Below are positions 36,293 through 47,900 of a DNA stretch of 64,000 nucleotides, piece after piece. The stretch is from Spirogloea muscicola (Eukaryota): contig WELB01000023.1 of the NCBI GenBank assembly GCA_009602725.1, positions 607,331 to 671,330 of the forward strand, written 5' to 3'. The notes beneath the pieces were generated by a model, which was given only the letters and a program-made list of their open reading frames with translations, made no database searches and was not told the origin of the DNA. The position numbers were made by a program, and so were the translations under genes. The first letter of the stretch is position 1; every line of letters begins with the position of its first letter.

Positions 36293-39200
36293 CTATGGGC
36301 TCGTTGGCGTCCCCAGCAGCTGATCAGCGACCGAGACCGGTGGCGGTGGGCTAGCAATGGGCGCCAGAAGCTGGTCCGCCACCGACACCGGCGGCGGCGG
36401 GCCTGCGATTGGCGTCAGGAGCTGGTCGGCGACGCTCGCCGGAGGAGGCTCCTTGGCGGTAGGAGTGGTCGTGGCAGCTGCCGGTGCGACCGGCTGACCT
36501 GCCGCAGGTGGCTGTGTATTCAAGAATGCCTGCAAACAAAGCAGAGGCGCACGCCCACACGTTAACCCCTCTCCTCTACACGTGGACGCGTTTGCCCTGC
36601 TACTGCTTGCAGTGCTCCTTCAACACGCAAATGACAGTTGCTCTTGTTCAACTCGCTCTCCTTCAACAAGCTCAAGAGCAACTCAACATTTTCAGCAAAT
36701 CAATGGCATGTCCTATGGGAGCAGGGCACTTGGGCCCATATTTTACAACTAGTGGGACATGACCAAAGCCTATGTTGTTGGCTCCGCGGTAACTTCGTGC
36801 CCATATCAACCTGAATCTACACAGACTCGCAACTTGGACTCAGTTGACAAATGGAAGGTTCAGGAGCCCACCTGCAGCTTGAGCGCATACTTGCTCTTCG
36901 CTGGGTCCAGCATCTGGAAAATCTTGATGTAATCCATGCCCGGCCGCTTGGGCGACGTGAACCCCGCAATGACGCCCGCGAGCAGCGCGTTGGTGTAGAT
37001 GCTGGGCTCGCTCTGCTGCCGGTCGCCGCGCGCATCATTGAATGCATCCGCCACGGAGGGGCCACCGAGCAGCGCGCCGACGAGCAGGTTGGGGTTGGGG
37101 TCCGAGGAAGAGAGCCACGAGCGCCCGCTGTCGCAGTCGTACACCGTGTCGTCGACGCGGAACGACGGGATGGAGGAGCCCATGTGGTGCGGCTTGAGCG
37201 GGTAGCTCCCGCCATACCCCACCATGTAGCTCATCTTCATCGGGTTGGCGCCGTAGATGTAATTGAGCTGCGACTTGGCAAACAGCGCAAGCTCTACCGG
37301 TTTGAATATGCCGGCTGGGCAGGTGATGTAGTTGCCGGACGCGGCGAGGTAGTCGCTGTAAATTAGCGCCAGCCACGCGGTGCTCACGACGTACTGCATC
37401 GGGCTCTCTGGCGAGACGAACACCATGCCGCCAGGAGTGAGGCGAGGGCCATTGGGGAACTGGCCGCCGGCGTTCCGCAGGAACTGGCACATGAACGCGT
37501 CTGCCGGCGGCTTGTAAGCCCACATCTCCTGCACCACGGGCGCAGGGTTGCGGCCGCCGAAGCCCAGCCACAGCACGCGCAGCAGCAGCACCTGCAAGCC
37601 GTGCCCAGAATCGCCTTGCTGCAGTCACGAAGCGCCGGGGCCCCAGCTATGCTGCGACAAGGACTCCTCCCTCACCAGCCATGCGGCACACTATGACTGA
37701 TAATTGTACTGAGTTGCCGATGAAAGGATCACGAGTGTTGCTAGTCCATGCAAGGAGCGGTCACCGACAACGACTGACTGGCGCCGCACTGACCTGCATG
37801 GCAGGGAGCTTCATGTCCCAGCTGAAGCGGTTGGTGGTCTTGGTCATGGTTGCCGCCTTCCAGGCGTGCATGTTCGGCCCGGTGACGTACGTCAGGTACT
37901 TGGCCTCGCCCGTGCCGAGGTACAGCCACGTGGCCCCCCAGAGGAGCTCGTCGAAGATGGATGTGGACTTGTACTCGTGCTGCGCGCCGGTCACGTAGTC
38001 GCTGTACCGCCCGCGGAACCCGTCGGCAAAGGCGAAGCAATCGCTCGCATGGGCGAGCAGGGCGTCTGCCTTGGTCGCGTTGTCGGGCCGGAAGACGAGC
38101 GACGCAGCCGCAAACGCCGCCGCCATCTCGCCCGCGAGGTCTGACCCCGGGTGGGTCACCTGCAGCGGCGGCTGCGACGGCCGCGGCTCGGTAATGTCCT
38201 CCGGACGGATCCAGCAGCTGTCGCTCGCCGGGTCGCTGACCTGCTCGCCACAGCCCGGCCAGCCATGAGACTGACCTGACGGTCACGAGCGATTGCAGCC
38301 GGAGCACCCGGCCTTGCCACTACGCGCTCTATGGCCACAAGTCGGCAGGCTTGGCGCCGGCAGAAGCAGTGACAGCCAAGCCGAGGGAGGGAGGGGAGGA
38401 GGGAGGAGCGCACCTGCGTGAAGATGAGGTTGGAGTAGGGGTGGCAGCGGACGAGGTAGTCGGTGCCCCAGTTGAGCACGTCGAGCGCCATGGCCAGCGT
38501 GCCCTCCGCCTGGTACTGTGCGCCGTACTCGAGCAGCGACCAGGCGAGCACCGTGACGGTGAACGCGATCGGGAAGTTGTACTTGACGTGGTCGCCCTTC
38601 ACGTAGAACCCGCCGGTGAGGTCAACAGCCAAGTCTTCGCCGTCCGTGAGGCCCGAAGCGCCGCGCCACGTGATTGGGTTCGAGTTCGGCAGCGCACCCG
38701 CTGCAGCAGCGACGACGGACAGGCCAACATTCAGCCTGGCACTCGTTGCCGAGAGCAGCTTCAGATGCATGGCAGCCCGCGCGGCGACAAGCTGGCTGCT
38801 GACCGCAGCGGAGGAACAGCGATTGTGCACGAGCGTCCGGATGCCGGCAGCGACTCAAATAGCATCCAGTCGCTCACATTTCTGAGCCAGAATGAAGAGC
38901 AGCGCCATCTCCAGCGTGCTGTTGATGGGCACCGAGACGGCGTCGGGCAGCGGCTGGGTGGCGGCGTCGCTGGCGCTGCTCGTGTCCTTGGTCGCTATGA
39001 TCTTCCACGCCAGCACGCCCGCCGCTCCCAGAATCGCCACGCTGCCCACGATCGTGACGATGAAGATGCACGCCGACCACCCACCCCTGCGACCGTGCAG
39101 CAGCCGCCATTGCCAGCTGAGCCAAGCGAGCTCTTGCTGCAGCAGCTGCCATGAGGCGGCCTGGCCCTCATCAACACGAGCTAAGCTGCGATGCCACAGT

Positions 39201-39639
39201 AGCTCCGGACGCCAATTCGCGACCATTCCCGGTAGCTGGGGCGAGCGCTCTGCGTCTGCTGTGCAGCTCCCAGCATGCCGCCCCTGCGTGCAGCTCCTGG
39301 CTCATCCCAATTGGGGGCGCGAGCAAGACATGCGAGCGCAGCCGCCACGGCCGTGCCGCACAAGATCCAGCGTCTCCTTCGCGGCCAGGACTGCGCGAGC
39401 TCTCCTGCCTCTCCAGCTAAAGGGTCTCCAACATCGTCGTGGCCATGGCCGGCTGGCAGAGCGGCCCCGTCCCAACAGCGGCTGCCTGCTGAGAACAGCT
39501 AAATTACAGGACTGTGGCAATGACTGTCGCAGAGAAATGTGAGGAGGAGGAGGGGGGGAGGAGAGAGGGAGGGAGCGGCGGCGCCTCACCCCCGAGCCGC
39601 ATCGGACTTGCTGATGCGGTTGTACCCGGGGGACTTCAT
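36293..39639 (-). CDS. Membrane-anchored glycoside hydrolase family 9 endo-1,4-beta-glucanase-like protein
   Basis: Cytosolic N-terminus plus TM (CIFIVTIVGSVAILGAAGVLAW), WRGASGLTDG..VDLTGGFY..GDHVKYNFP, WGTDYL, CWIRPED, PGSDLAGEMAAAFAAAS, DELLWGATWLY, GANPMKMSYMVGYG, PNPNLLVGALLGGP, FNDARGDRQQSEPSIYTNA. Last exon is Pro-rich. Confidence 0.93.
36312..36450 (-). repeat. Three ~48 bp coding tandem repeats (PPPxSVADQLLxPIAx)
   Basis: PPPASVADQLLTPIAG / PPPPVSVADQLLAPIAS / PPPPVSVADQLLGTP in the GH9 terminal exon. Confidence 0.9.
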
Positions 39640-39645
39640 GGTGGC

Positions 39646-39680
<35 letters not shown>

Positions 39681-40269
39681 CGGCGGGCACGCCGCGCGGC
39701 AGACGTGGGAGCNTGCGGCAGGGGAGGGAGGGCGGGAGAATTGGGGAGGGAGGTTGCGGAAATAGGGCAGAGGGAGGAGGTCAAAGAGGGGCATTTAAGA
39801 GAGTGTCTTGGTAGCATGTCAACATGATTCAGGGGAGAGAGGGAGCGGACAGGTGGGGAGGGGGGCTGGGAGAAATGGGCACGGGGCCGGGTGCCGAAAG
39901 GGAGGGAGGGCGGCCGGGGCGGAGGAGGGAGGGCGGCGCCGGCGGCCCGGGGGGGTGCTCCAAGTTCTTGGCGGCCCGGCGACGCGGCGACGATTTTCCA
40001 GCCAATCGGTGCCGCCGCATGGGGGCTGGCGACGCGTGCGACGCGGGCGACGCGGCGCGCGATAACTCGCCGTTAACGGTCGGTGGGCGGGCGCGGACAA
40101 GGGCCCCGGGCGCCTGTCCGACGTGGCGCCAGGTGGCGGCGACCCAACTCGCCGCGTGGCGCGAGTCCGTGCCGGGTCTCCTGGCCCCCCCTTTCCTCGT
40201 GCCCTATAAGTGCGTGCTTCCCTGCGTCCACTGCGCGCCCTGAGCCCTCCTCGTCCTCCCAGGCATGGC

Positions 40270-42140
40270 GGTGGTACCGTTTCAACGCTCCCTTGCAGCG
40301 GTCCATGGCCCACGCTCTGCATCTGCGAGCTGGCCGTGCTCTCGCTGCGGGCTCTGGCTTTCGTCAGGGTGATAGCTTCCCGGCAGCTAGTCTGTCGGAT
40401 CTGAGGCTCCTCACTCGTACTTATTGAGTGATCCATCCTCCCCCTGTTTTACCACTGCATCCTCAGGCCCCTTTGTAGCTGCTCACCGCTCTTAGGCCCC
40501 TCTGAACCTTTGTGCATTCTTTTTGGGCTGGCTTTTCGCAGCCCTTGCCCCCATTGGGAGTGCCACTTCTTTCTTCTTGCCTTCGCCGTCCACACGCGAG
40601 CAGGCCGTGCTGTGGCCGCCGCCTCTGGGTCTCGGCGGAGTGCCTCTTTCCCTGAGCGAGCTACTCAGACCTGATGTTGCTCACCCGCGGGTACTGAGCT
40701 TCCCTCTGCATTGTCTTTAGTTCTGCAGTGTCGTCTTTTTCCGGCTCCTCTTTTTTTGGCTTTGGACATTGTCCATTCTTTTTGGGCTGGCTTTGCCAGC
40801 CCCTCTTCTTTATGGGAAGAAGAAGGGCTCGCCCATTGAGGATAGGGGCTGGAAAAGCCAGCCCAAAAAAGAATGAACAAAGTACGAGAAGGGGGCCAGA
40901 GGAAGCGCTAAGAAAACAAAGCACACAAAGAAAGAAAGCAGCTACAAATCACTTAGTAACCCCTGCTAAGCAGCCACAAATCAGAGAGGCTGAGCTTCCC
41001 TCTGCATTGTCTTGTGTTCTGCAGTGTCGTCTTTTTCCGGCTCCTCTTTCTTTGGCTTTGGACATTGTCCATTCATTTTGGGCTGGCTTTGCCAGCCCCT
41101 CTTCTTTATGGGCGAGCACTTTCTCCCAGGTCCTAAAGAAGAAGTGGCACTCCCAATGGGGGCAAGGGCTGCAAAAAGCCAGCCCAGAAAAGAATTGACA
41201 AAGGTTCGAAGGGGCCGAAAAAGCATTGAGCAGCTACAAAGGGGTCGGAAGATGCTATGGTAGAGCCAAGCTCGCAAACAATCTGGGTCCTTCGATGAGC
41301 GAGCAGTGCCCCATTGCCCATCGAAGCCAGCTCTTTCTCCAAGAGAAGTGGCACTCCCAATGGGGGCAAGGGCTGTGAAAAGCCAGCCCGAAAATATTTG
41401 ACAAAGGGTCGAAGGGGCCAAAAAAGCTTAGCAGCTACGAAAGGGCCTGAAGAAGCTATGTCAGGACGGGGGGGAGGCTGGACCACTCAGTAATTACGAG
41501 TGAGGAGCCTCAAATCCGACAGACTAGCTGCCGGAATACTATCCCCATGACGAAAGCCGGAGAGGAAGGGCTCGCCCATTGAGAATATGGGCTGGAACAG
41601 CCAGCCCAAAAAAGAATGAACAGAGTACAAGAAGAGGGGGGGGGAAGCCAGGCGAAGCCCTAAGGCGAAGCAGCAGAAATGACAAGCACACAAGAAAAAA
41701 CAAAGCAGCTACTAACCACTCAGTAACCCCTGCTAAGCAGGCCAGGCCGCAGCGAAAGAGCACGGCCAGCACGCAGATGCAAGGCTTGGGCCATGGACCG
41801 CTGAAGGGAGACCGACAATCTCATGCAATAGACTTGGGCCCACGAGCCAGCGGCGTTGAAGTCAGCCGGCTCAGCGCGCCTGCGGGACACAGCGCGCCGT
41901 GCAAGCCTGGCCAGCAGGTCTAGCCACTGGGGCCCGAGAGCCCCATGCACGTCCACAGCCAGGGGGACGAACTCATCTGCAGCCGGGTGGTCGGCGTGTT
42001 TTGCCGCCTTGCTGCAAGCGGCCTTCGCCGCAGCGTGGCCAGCCCGCGAGGCAGAGAGCCCCGGGTTGGGGCGGTCGACCACATCAGTGGTGACCACATC
42101 AGTGGTGACCACATAACGGGAACAAGGGCTGTGATAAGCC
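40270..42140. mobile_element. Cluster of 5'-truncated non-LTR retrotransposon 3' ends (restriction-like endonuclease, CRE-type)
   Basis: Minus ORF 41720..42205 has AAKAACSKAAKH...FVPLAVDVHGALG...LARLAR...RLSVSLQRSMA, typical of RLE C-termini. Related termini end LLTRTY* (40427, +), LLTRGY* (~40697, +), LLTRNY* (41487, -) and LLSRGY* (41720 and ~40953, -). Each is followed by a homologous 3' tail. Confidence 0.8.
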
Positions 42141-43894
42141 AGCCAGACAAGGCCGTCGCTCCACCTCGACGACAGCAACCAGCGAACGGCACAGTGAGAT
42201 AGCAATTTCAGGAGGAAGACTCTTCCAGTGGAGGGCGATAGCTGACTACATCAATACTCGTCAGCCATGTGTCCTTCTCTGGATGGGGCTCCGACTCCAT
42301 CCCACTCTCACACGCTGGCCCAGCGCACACAAGACAAGTAGCCCAACAGCAGGTCGCGTTGTCTTGAATTCTACTGCCTGAGAGGTCGTCGACAACATTG
42401 AGCACTTTCCAATGTACGCAAGAATATGGGCAGGCCATCTCCTCATGCAATGCTTGTGTTTGACTTGGATTGTTCTTGAGTTTTGTCTGCAGTTTCTGCA
42501 GCTTGGTTTCTCTTGAGATGCGCACACGCCCTGTCAAGTACCACAGCCTGCTGTGGACATATCGGTGCAGTCTATGTCCAGATTGCTTGGTGCACATATG
42601 ACAAAGTTTTGTAGGTCCTCAACAAGTGAGATTGACGAAGTCTCGATAATCTGGAGGCCTTTGCAGACATAGCAGCGACTAATGATACACCCAATATAGA
42701 GAGAACCTGTACCACGCCTGTTTGATCCGTGTACAAGAAAATTCTGAATGCGCCACTGGGTATGTTCTATCTCTATTCATCTCCCAAATTATTGTCAGCC
42801 AGGGCTTGGATGACAGAATGCAACGCCTTTTGACGCCCCCTGCGATATTAAAAACTCATCTCTTTGCCCCTAACCTGTAGGTCAAGGTGTTCTCGAGGCA
42901 GTGGTCAACTTAAGGGTGTGAGTCACAGGTATAAGTGCTCAATGGATGAAACAAGACTGGCTATGGAAAAGGGTAGAGCACAGCCGCCAGGCCACCCAAG
43001 CTTAGCTGTGCCTTGTGTGAGTACCTGGTCATTGCAGTTAGTGTGTACTTGGAGCAGGAATTGTAGTATTATGTCACCTAATAGACGGCCACTGTTCAAA
43101 TTGTCCTGCCACACAATGCTTCAAACCTGCAACTATCACCCAACTTACGCAAGCACCACAGCCTGTCAGTCTATCTGTTGCGCGCTCAGATCCCAGACTC
43201 AGCACCAGACGGTTGCTTGAGCTGCCAGGCATGACTCCTGCCACCAGCACTCTGTCAATGACACAATTTCTCCTGTAGGCAGATGCAGATCGACTGACAG
43301 CACTCTCATAGGCAGACCCATGAAGACTAGCACCAGCGAAACAGGTTGCTGAATGTTATCATCTACTTGACAGTGCAGCACTCTCCTGCTGCAATCCGGA
43401 GTAAAGAGGATGCGTAGCTCTTTGTATCCGCCAGATGTATCCCTGTTCTGATGTGATCACCCCCAGGCGAAGTCTGTTAGGAGACGACGCGGCGCATAGA
43501 TTTGCATGCTTTCGAAGAGGGGGGGGTACTCATGGGCAATTCCAGCACCCCAGGGAATGTCCAGCGCAAGTGCTCAACAGATGCTGCATGCCTCATGGCA
43601 ATCATCTGCACTGCAGACACTGTCTTGTACAAAGTGTAACATGCTGCAGTGCCAGCTGCTTACAGATAGGGGTGCATGAGGTAGGCATGATCCTACCTTT
43701 TGTGTCAAATGTAGCCCACCTTGCAAGTTGTCATGAGCTGAGCCATCTGCTCAACTCTACCGGGCACCGGTGGTGGAAGACTCGGTGCCAAGTGCACCAT
43801 AGCTCGTGGCAGATTCTAAACGCGAGTCTGGCCAGGAGGTGCCTCTTGCTGCTGAACAGTGGGCCGCGGCCGCATAGGGATTGACAGATGGTGG

Positions 43895-44406
43895 TCACTC
43901 CTCCGGCTTGACCTTGTCGTAGGGCCTCACGCGGCCCGACAGGCTGCTCATCTTGAGGTCCAGGAAGTACTTTTGATTGTTCTTGTCGTTGTTCCAGTAC
44001 CCGTAGGCCTTGGTCGGCTGCCTCCACGTCGCCTTGAGGTCGTCGCACTTCCTCTTCAGCTCCTGCGCAACAACGCCACAGGTTTCGACGTGAGGGCCTC
44101 TGGGAGTCGCTCTGGGCTTCCAACATAGTGTCAATTCTCGTTTGCATTGGCCACGTACACGGCTCCACCGCCAGGGCGAGGCCAAGCGGCGCTCGTTGGC
44201 GAGGCCGACGAGCTGCTGCCATGTGCATAGATGCGCATTCTACGATGAAAATGCTTCTTGTCCCTCGTCCGCCGCAGGCTCCCAGCGCCTCCCCGGCGCC
44301 GCGAGAGGCTCACCTGCAGGTGCTGGCGGTTCTTGCGGTCGCGCTCCGCGGGGTCCTCCATGCGCTGCCGGATGATCGCCTCGGCGTACTCCCAGATGTA
44401 CGACAT
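43895..44406 (-). CDS. NDUP1: Plant-specific mitochondrial complex I subunit P1-like (86 aa; exons 44314-44406 and 43895-44062)
   Basis: MSYIWEYAEAIIRQRMEDPAERDRKNRQHLQ|ELKRKC...W.QPTKAYGYW...GRVRPYD matches my recollection of the P1 pattern (MEDP.ERDRK, PYGFW, GRRDPYD). Clean GT-AG intron. Confidence 0.8.
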
Positions 44407-44833
44407 CTCCGCCGCCGCGGCCGCAGCCTGACAGTCCTGACGGCAGAAGCGCCTCGAAGCACGTCTCGGCGCCACTCAGAGCTCGGCCGCGGCGTCGGCC
44501 GCCGCGGCCGCCGCCGCCTCTGCCGCCGCGCGCCGCGGCAGCCAGCGGCGGCGGGGTCCGAAAGTGGGGAGCAGCGCAGCGGCGCTTGGAAGAATCCGTG
44601 ATTGCGCGGGTGTAGGAGTCGGCCGGAAGACTCCGCGGTATGATGGAGTGTATATGCCCGACCGAGGCTCTGCTAGGACCGACGTGAGGGAAGCCGAGAA
44701 AGCGATGCAATGCCACGTTCGTGTTCGCCAAGGCGGGGGCGCCCGATCGTCCGGCAGGGTGCCGAGGAAAGAATCCGACCGGGCGCAGTAGGTGCGCGCG
44801 TGCGCCCTCCTCCGGGCCCCCCGGCGGCGGCGT

Positions 44834-44870
<37 letters not shown>

Positions 44871-44944
44871 GACAGCCTTAGCAAGTCGTCGCCGTCGCCG
44901 CGCTGTTGGAAGACGCCCCCCCGCCTCCGCCGCCTGGCCCGGCG

Positions 44945-47900
44945 ATGAGGCCATGGTCCCGGGCTGCGGCGCCGCCGAGCTCGGCCGCCCACGCGGCNCG
45001 GCGGCGGCGGCGGCGCCGCCGCCGCCGCCGGTGCTCCCGAGGCGCCGCGGGCTTCGCCTGGTAAGCCCCTGCGGCTGGACAGCAGGACGGGCGGAAGGCC
45101 GAGCTAAAAACCCCCGGACTTGTGGCGAGAAGCTGCGGTGCTTCCTGCTGAAGGCAGCTGCCGTGGCTGTGTTGGGGTCAGGCTTTGAACCCGAACCCCT
45201 AAACCCGAAACCCCAAACCCTAATTCTCGTCGCAACCTTGGTGCAGGCGCGGAGGCGCGGACGCTGGGGTCCATGGCCGCCACGCCGCTTCGCGATGTCC
45301 TCGGGCAGCACGGCTTCGTCCTGGCCAGCTACCGGCCTGGCACGCACCGCCTGCTCTGCCCGCAGGTGCACGCTCGCCGCTCTCTGCATTCTGTTAACCA
45401 ATTAATCTCTGGCTGCTGATATTAGTAGAGCGGCTGTAAAGCCAGCCAGGTTCATACAGTGGGTATTGACGACTATGTTAGCGGAGCCACCGGCTAGGCA
45501 TCTCTGCCCCACGTTGGAGCCACAGAAGGCCTCGTAGTTGCCTTCTGCCAAGCCACCCCGTCCTGCATCCTATCCACTAGGCAAAGTCATGCAGACATCC
45601 TCTACTTATCGTGGATGTAAAGCTGCAGGAATCTGTAGAAGCTAGCATCAGGCAGCATACTGTGCTTGGAGAGGTTCGGCTATGTGCCAACCCCAGAGGT
45701 CTGGATCCTGGAAGCAGATGGAGTCAGGCAGAAGGCCTACGATCAGCGTCCTGCCCGGTGCTTCTTCTCGCGGTCGGGCTGCGGAGCTGCAGGTTTCAGG
45801 GCTCAGGGGTTTAAGGCCTGTGCTCCAGGGAATGAGGCTCAAGATGTGAAGCTTAATCACAAAGTGCGCTGCAATGGCGGCTGCAGTGCAAGGGCGGCTC
45901 GGAGCGGGAGCTGAGCCTCTCTCTCACCGTCCTTGATGATGGGTGAGGCGCAAAGCACGCAGCCACTATGTTGCGGCGTGCCTGTCGCGCTTACAGTTGC
46001 CAACTGCTGCTCAAGCTGGACACCTGGGAGGCTTTGGGAGGTCACCGCAGTTAATGCATGCAAGGTTTCTTGTTGGCCTCCACACAGAGCCTCTGCAGTG
46101 TGGAATTGCTTCCGTGCAAAGTGCGGCCATCGAGGAGCCTGTGACCTGCAGGCAAGCCCAAGCTAGCTGCTGCGTTGAGGGGGTTCAGGACTAATATTGC
46201 ACGAGCTTGAAGGCATTGCCTAGTTGGTCCACTACATTTTCTTGGTTGCTGCATCCGAACCATTGCACTTGGAGGATCTGCAGTCCTGCCAGCCGAGTTT
46301 CGAGTAAGTCTTGGCAGGGGTCGATTGTTTCCTGACATTCCCGTGTCTTGTACCAAAATGAGGCACCGGGTAGCAGAATTTGAACGAATCGAGCAGCATG
46401 TATTGATCTGCATGTGCAACATGGGCATGGCTTCAGGGAAGGAGGCCCTTTGGCAAGCTCGCTGCAGCGGTCAATGGTTCAGCCGCCACACACCGGCCTG
46501 AGCAACAAACACCCGAGCGCAACGACGAGGCTGAGGATCAGGCAGCAGCAGGAGGGCGAGCTGCGCCGGTCCAGCTGGCCCTCAGGCTTGATCAACTTTC
46601 GCCAGAGGTGGGTCAGCTTGACGCAGTCCCGGCTGGACTAGGGCCGTCTTTCCTGAGGGTGCCCAAAGCGAGGTCAAGGCTTTTGGTATCTAAATTTCAA
46701 GGGGGCTGAAGCATATACCTTCAGCTGAAGTTGGGGTTTCTATTCTTTCTAAGGGGGCTGGGGCATAACAGCTTACTTTGCATGCATGAATCTCAGTGGC
46801 AGAAATGCGCATGTGGCAGCTAAAGTGTCGCTCAAAAGATGGGTACTGTGTCCTTAGCATGCTTGCTGAAAAGTTGTGCTGAAACTAGTCAAACAGCTGC
46901 TGCACCATGTCCTGGCGGCCATTATATATCATGCTGAAGCCCCTTCTCAGATGCAGTTCTGCATGTGCCTAGCAGGTGCTTGCCTGGTTTGCAGAGCGAA
47001 AGATAACACAGCGCACGCTTGAGGCCTCGCACGTGGGCACCTCTCGACAGAATTGGAAGAACAAGGTTCGGAATGCTATCCTTGTTGTGCAACCTTTTCT
47101 TGATGAGAGGGACAAACTCATGAGGATCGATCGAGTCACCTTTTCTACTACTGAAACCCTGAACATTGGCCGCGTGGCTCATTGCCATCTATGGTTTGAC
47201 TACGACATATGAAAAGAGGACTCCTTCCTTCCAGCCTTACAGTTGTCTGGATGCCTTCTGTGTTGCCATCCCTGATGACAGCAAGGGGTGTTCGAGGAGA
47301 GGGTAAGCGTTGCTTTTCCCTACTTCCGTGAAGGCAGATTGGTCAACTGCAAGTATCGCACCAGGGAGAAGGACTTCCGGCAGGTATTGCCAATTTCTTC
47401 CTGGATGTTACCTGCAGAGGATGCTCTGCTGCTGTAATCGCTGCCTTGCTGTCAAGTGCAGGTAAAAGCAGCATTAGCATGTCTTAGTTGTAAAGCTTGT
47501 CAGCTAAGGTGATCACAGTGAAGCTAGGCAAGCCTACATCTCTGCTGCAACTGGCAGCAGATTGTAGTCGACAACTGCTCAAGCTGAAAGTAGCTGCATG
47601 GTCTGCCCAGGTCAAAGGCGGCGAGAAGGTCCTCTACGGCTTGGATCTGATGAAAGGAGCCAAGGAGATAGTCATTGTGAGTTTTCCTCATGTAGCAAAG
47701 CTAAGTGCCTGCATAGTACGCCTCGATTCGTGTATCTCATTTGCCTGCAAGACTCTCGGCAGTCTGACAAAGTGAAGTACGGTCCTGTCGTGTAGAGAGG
47801 AGTAATTGCATCCAGCTCATGTGGTCATCCAGCTAACTAGCACTTCAAGACACCTGTAAAGGACAACCCATCTATCTGTCTCATCCTAGATCTGCTGCTT

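Noticed and set aside
40430..41720. CRISPR-like or satellite array
   Set aside because: Units are 120-160 bp, occur in both orientations, lack unique spacers and are attached to LINE ORF ends; there are no cas genes and the context is eukaryotic.
42208..43884. ORFs upstream of the LINE fragment as further retrotransposon coding sequence
   Set aside because: No RT (YxDD) or CCHC motif is visible, and they cannot be assigned by eye.
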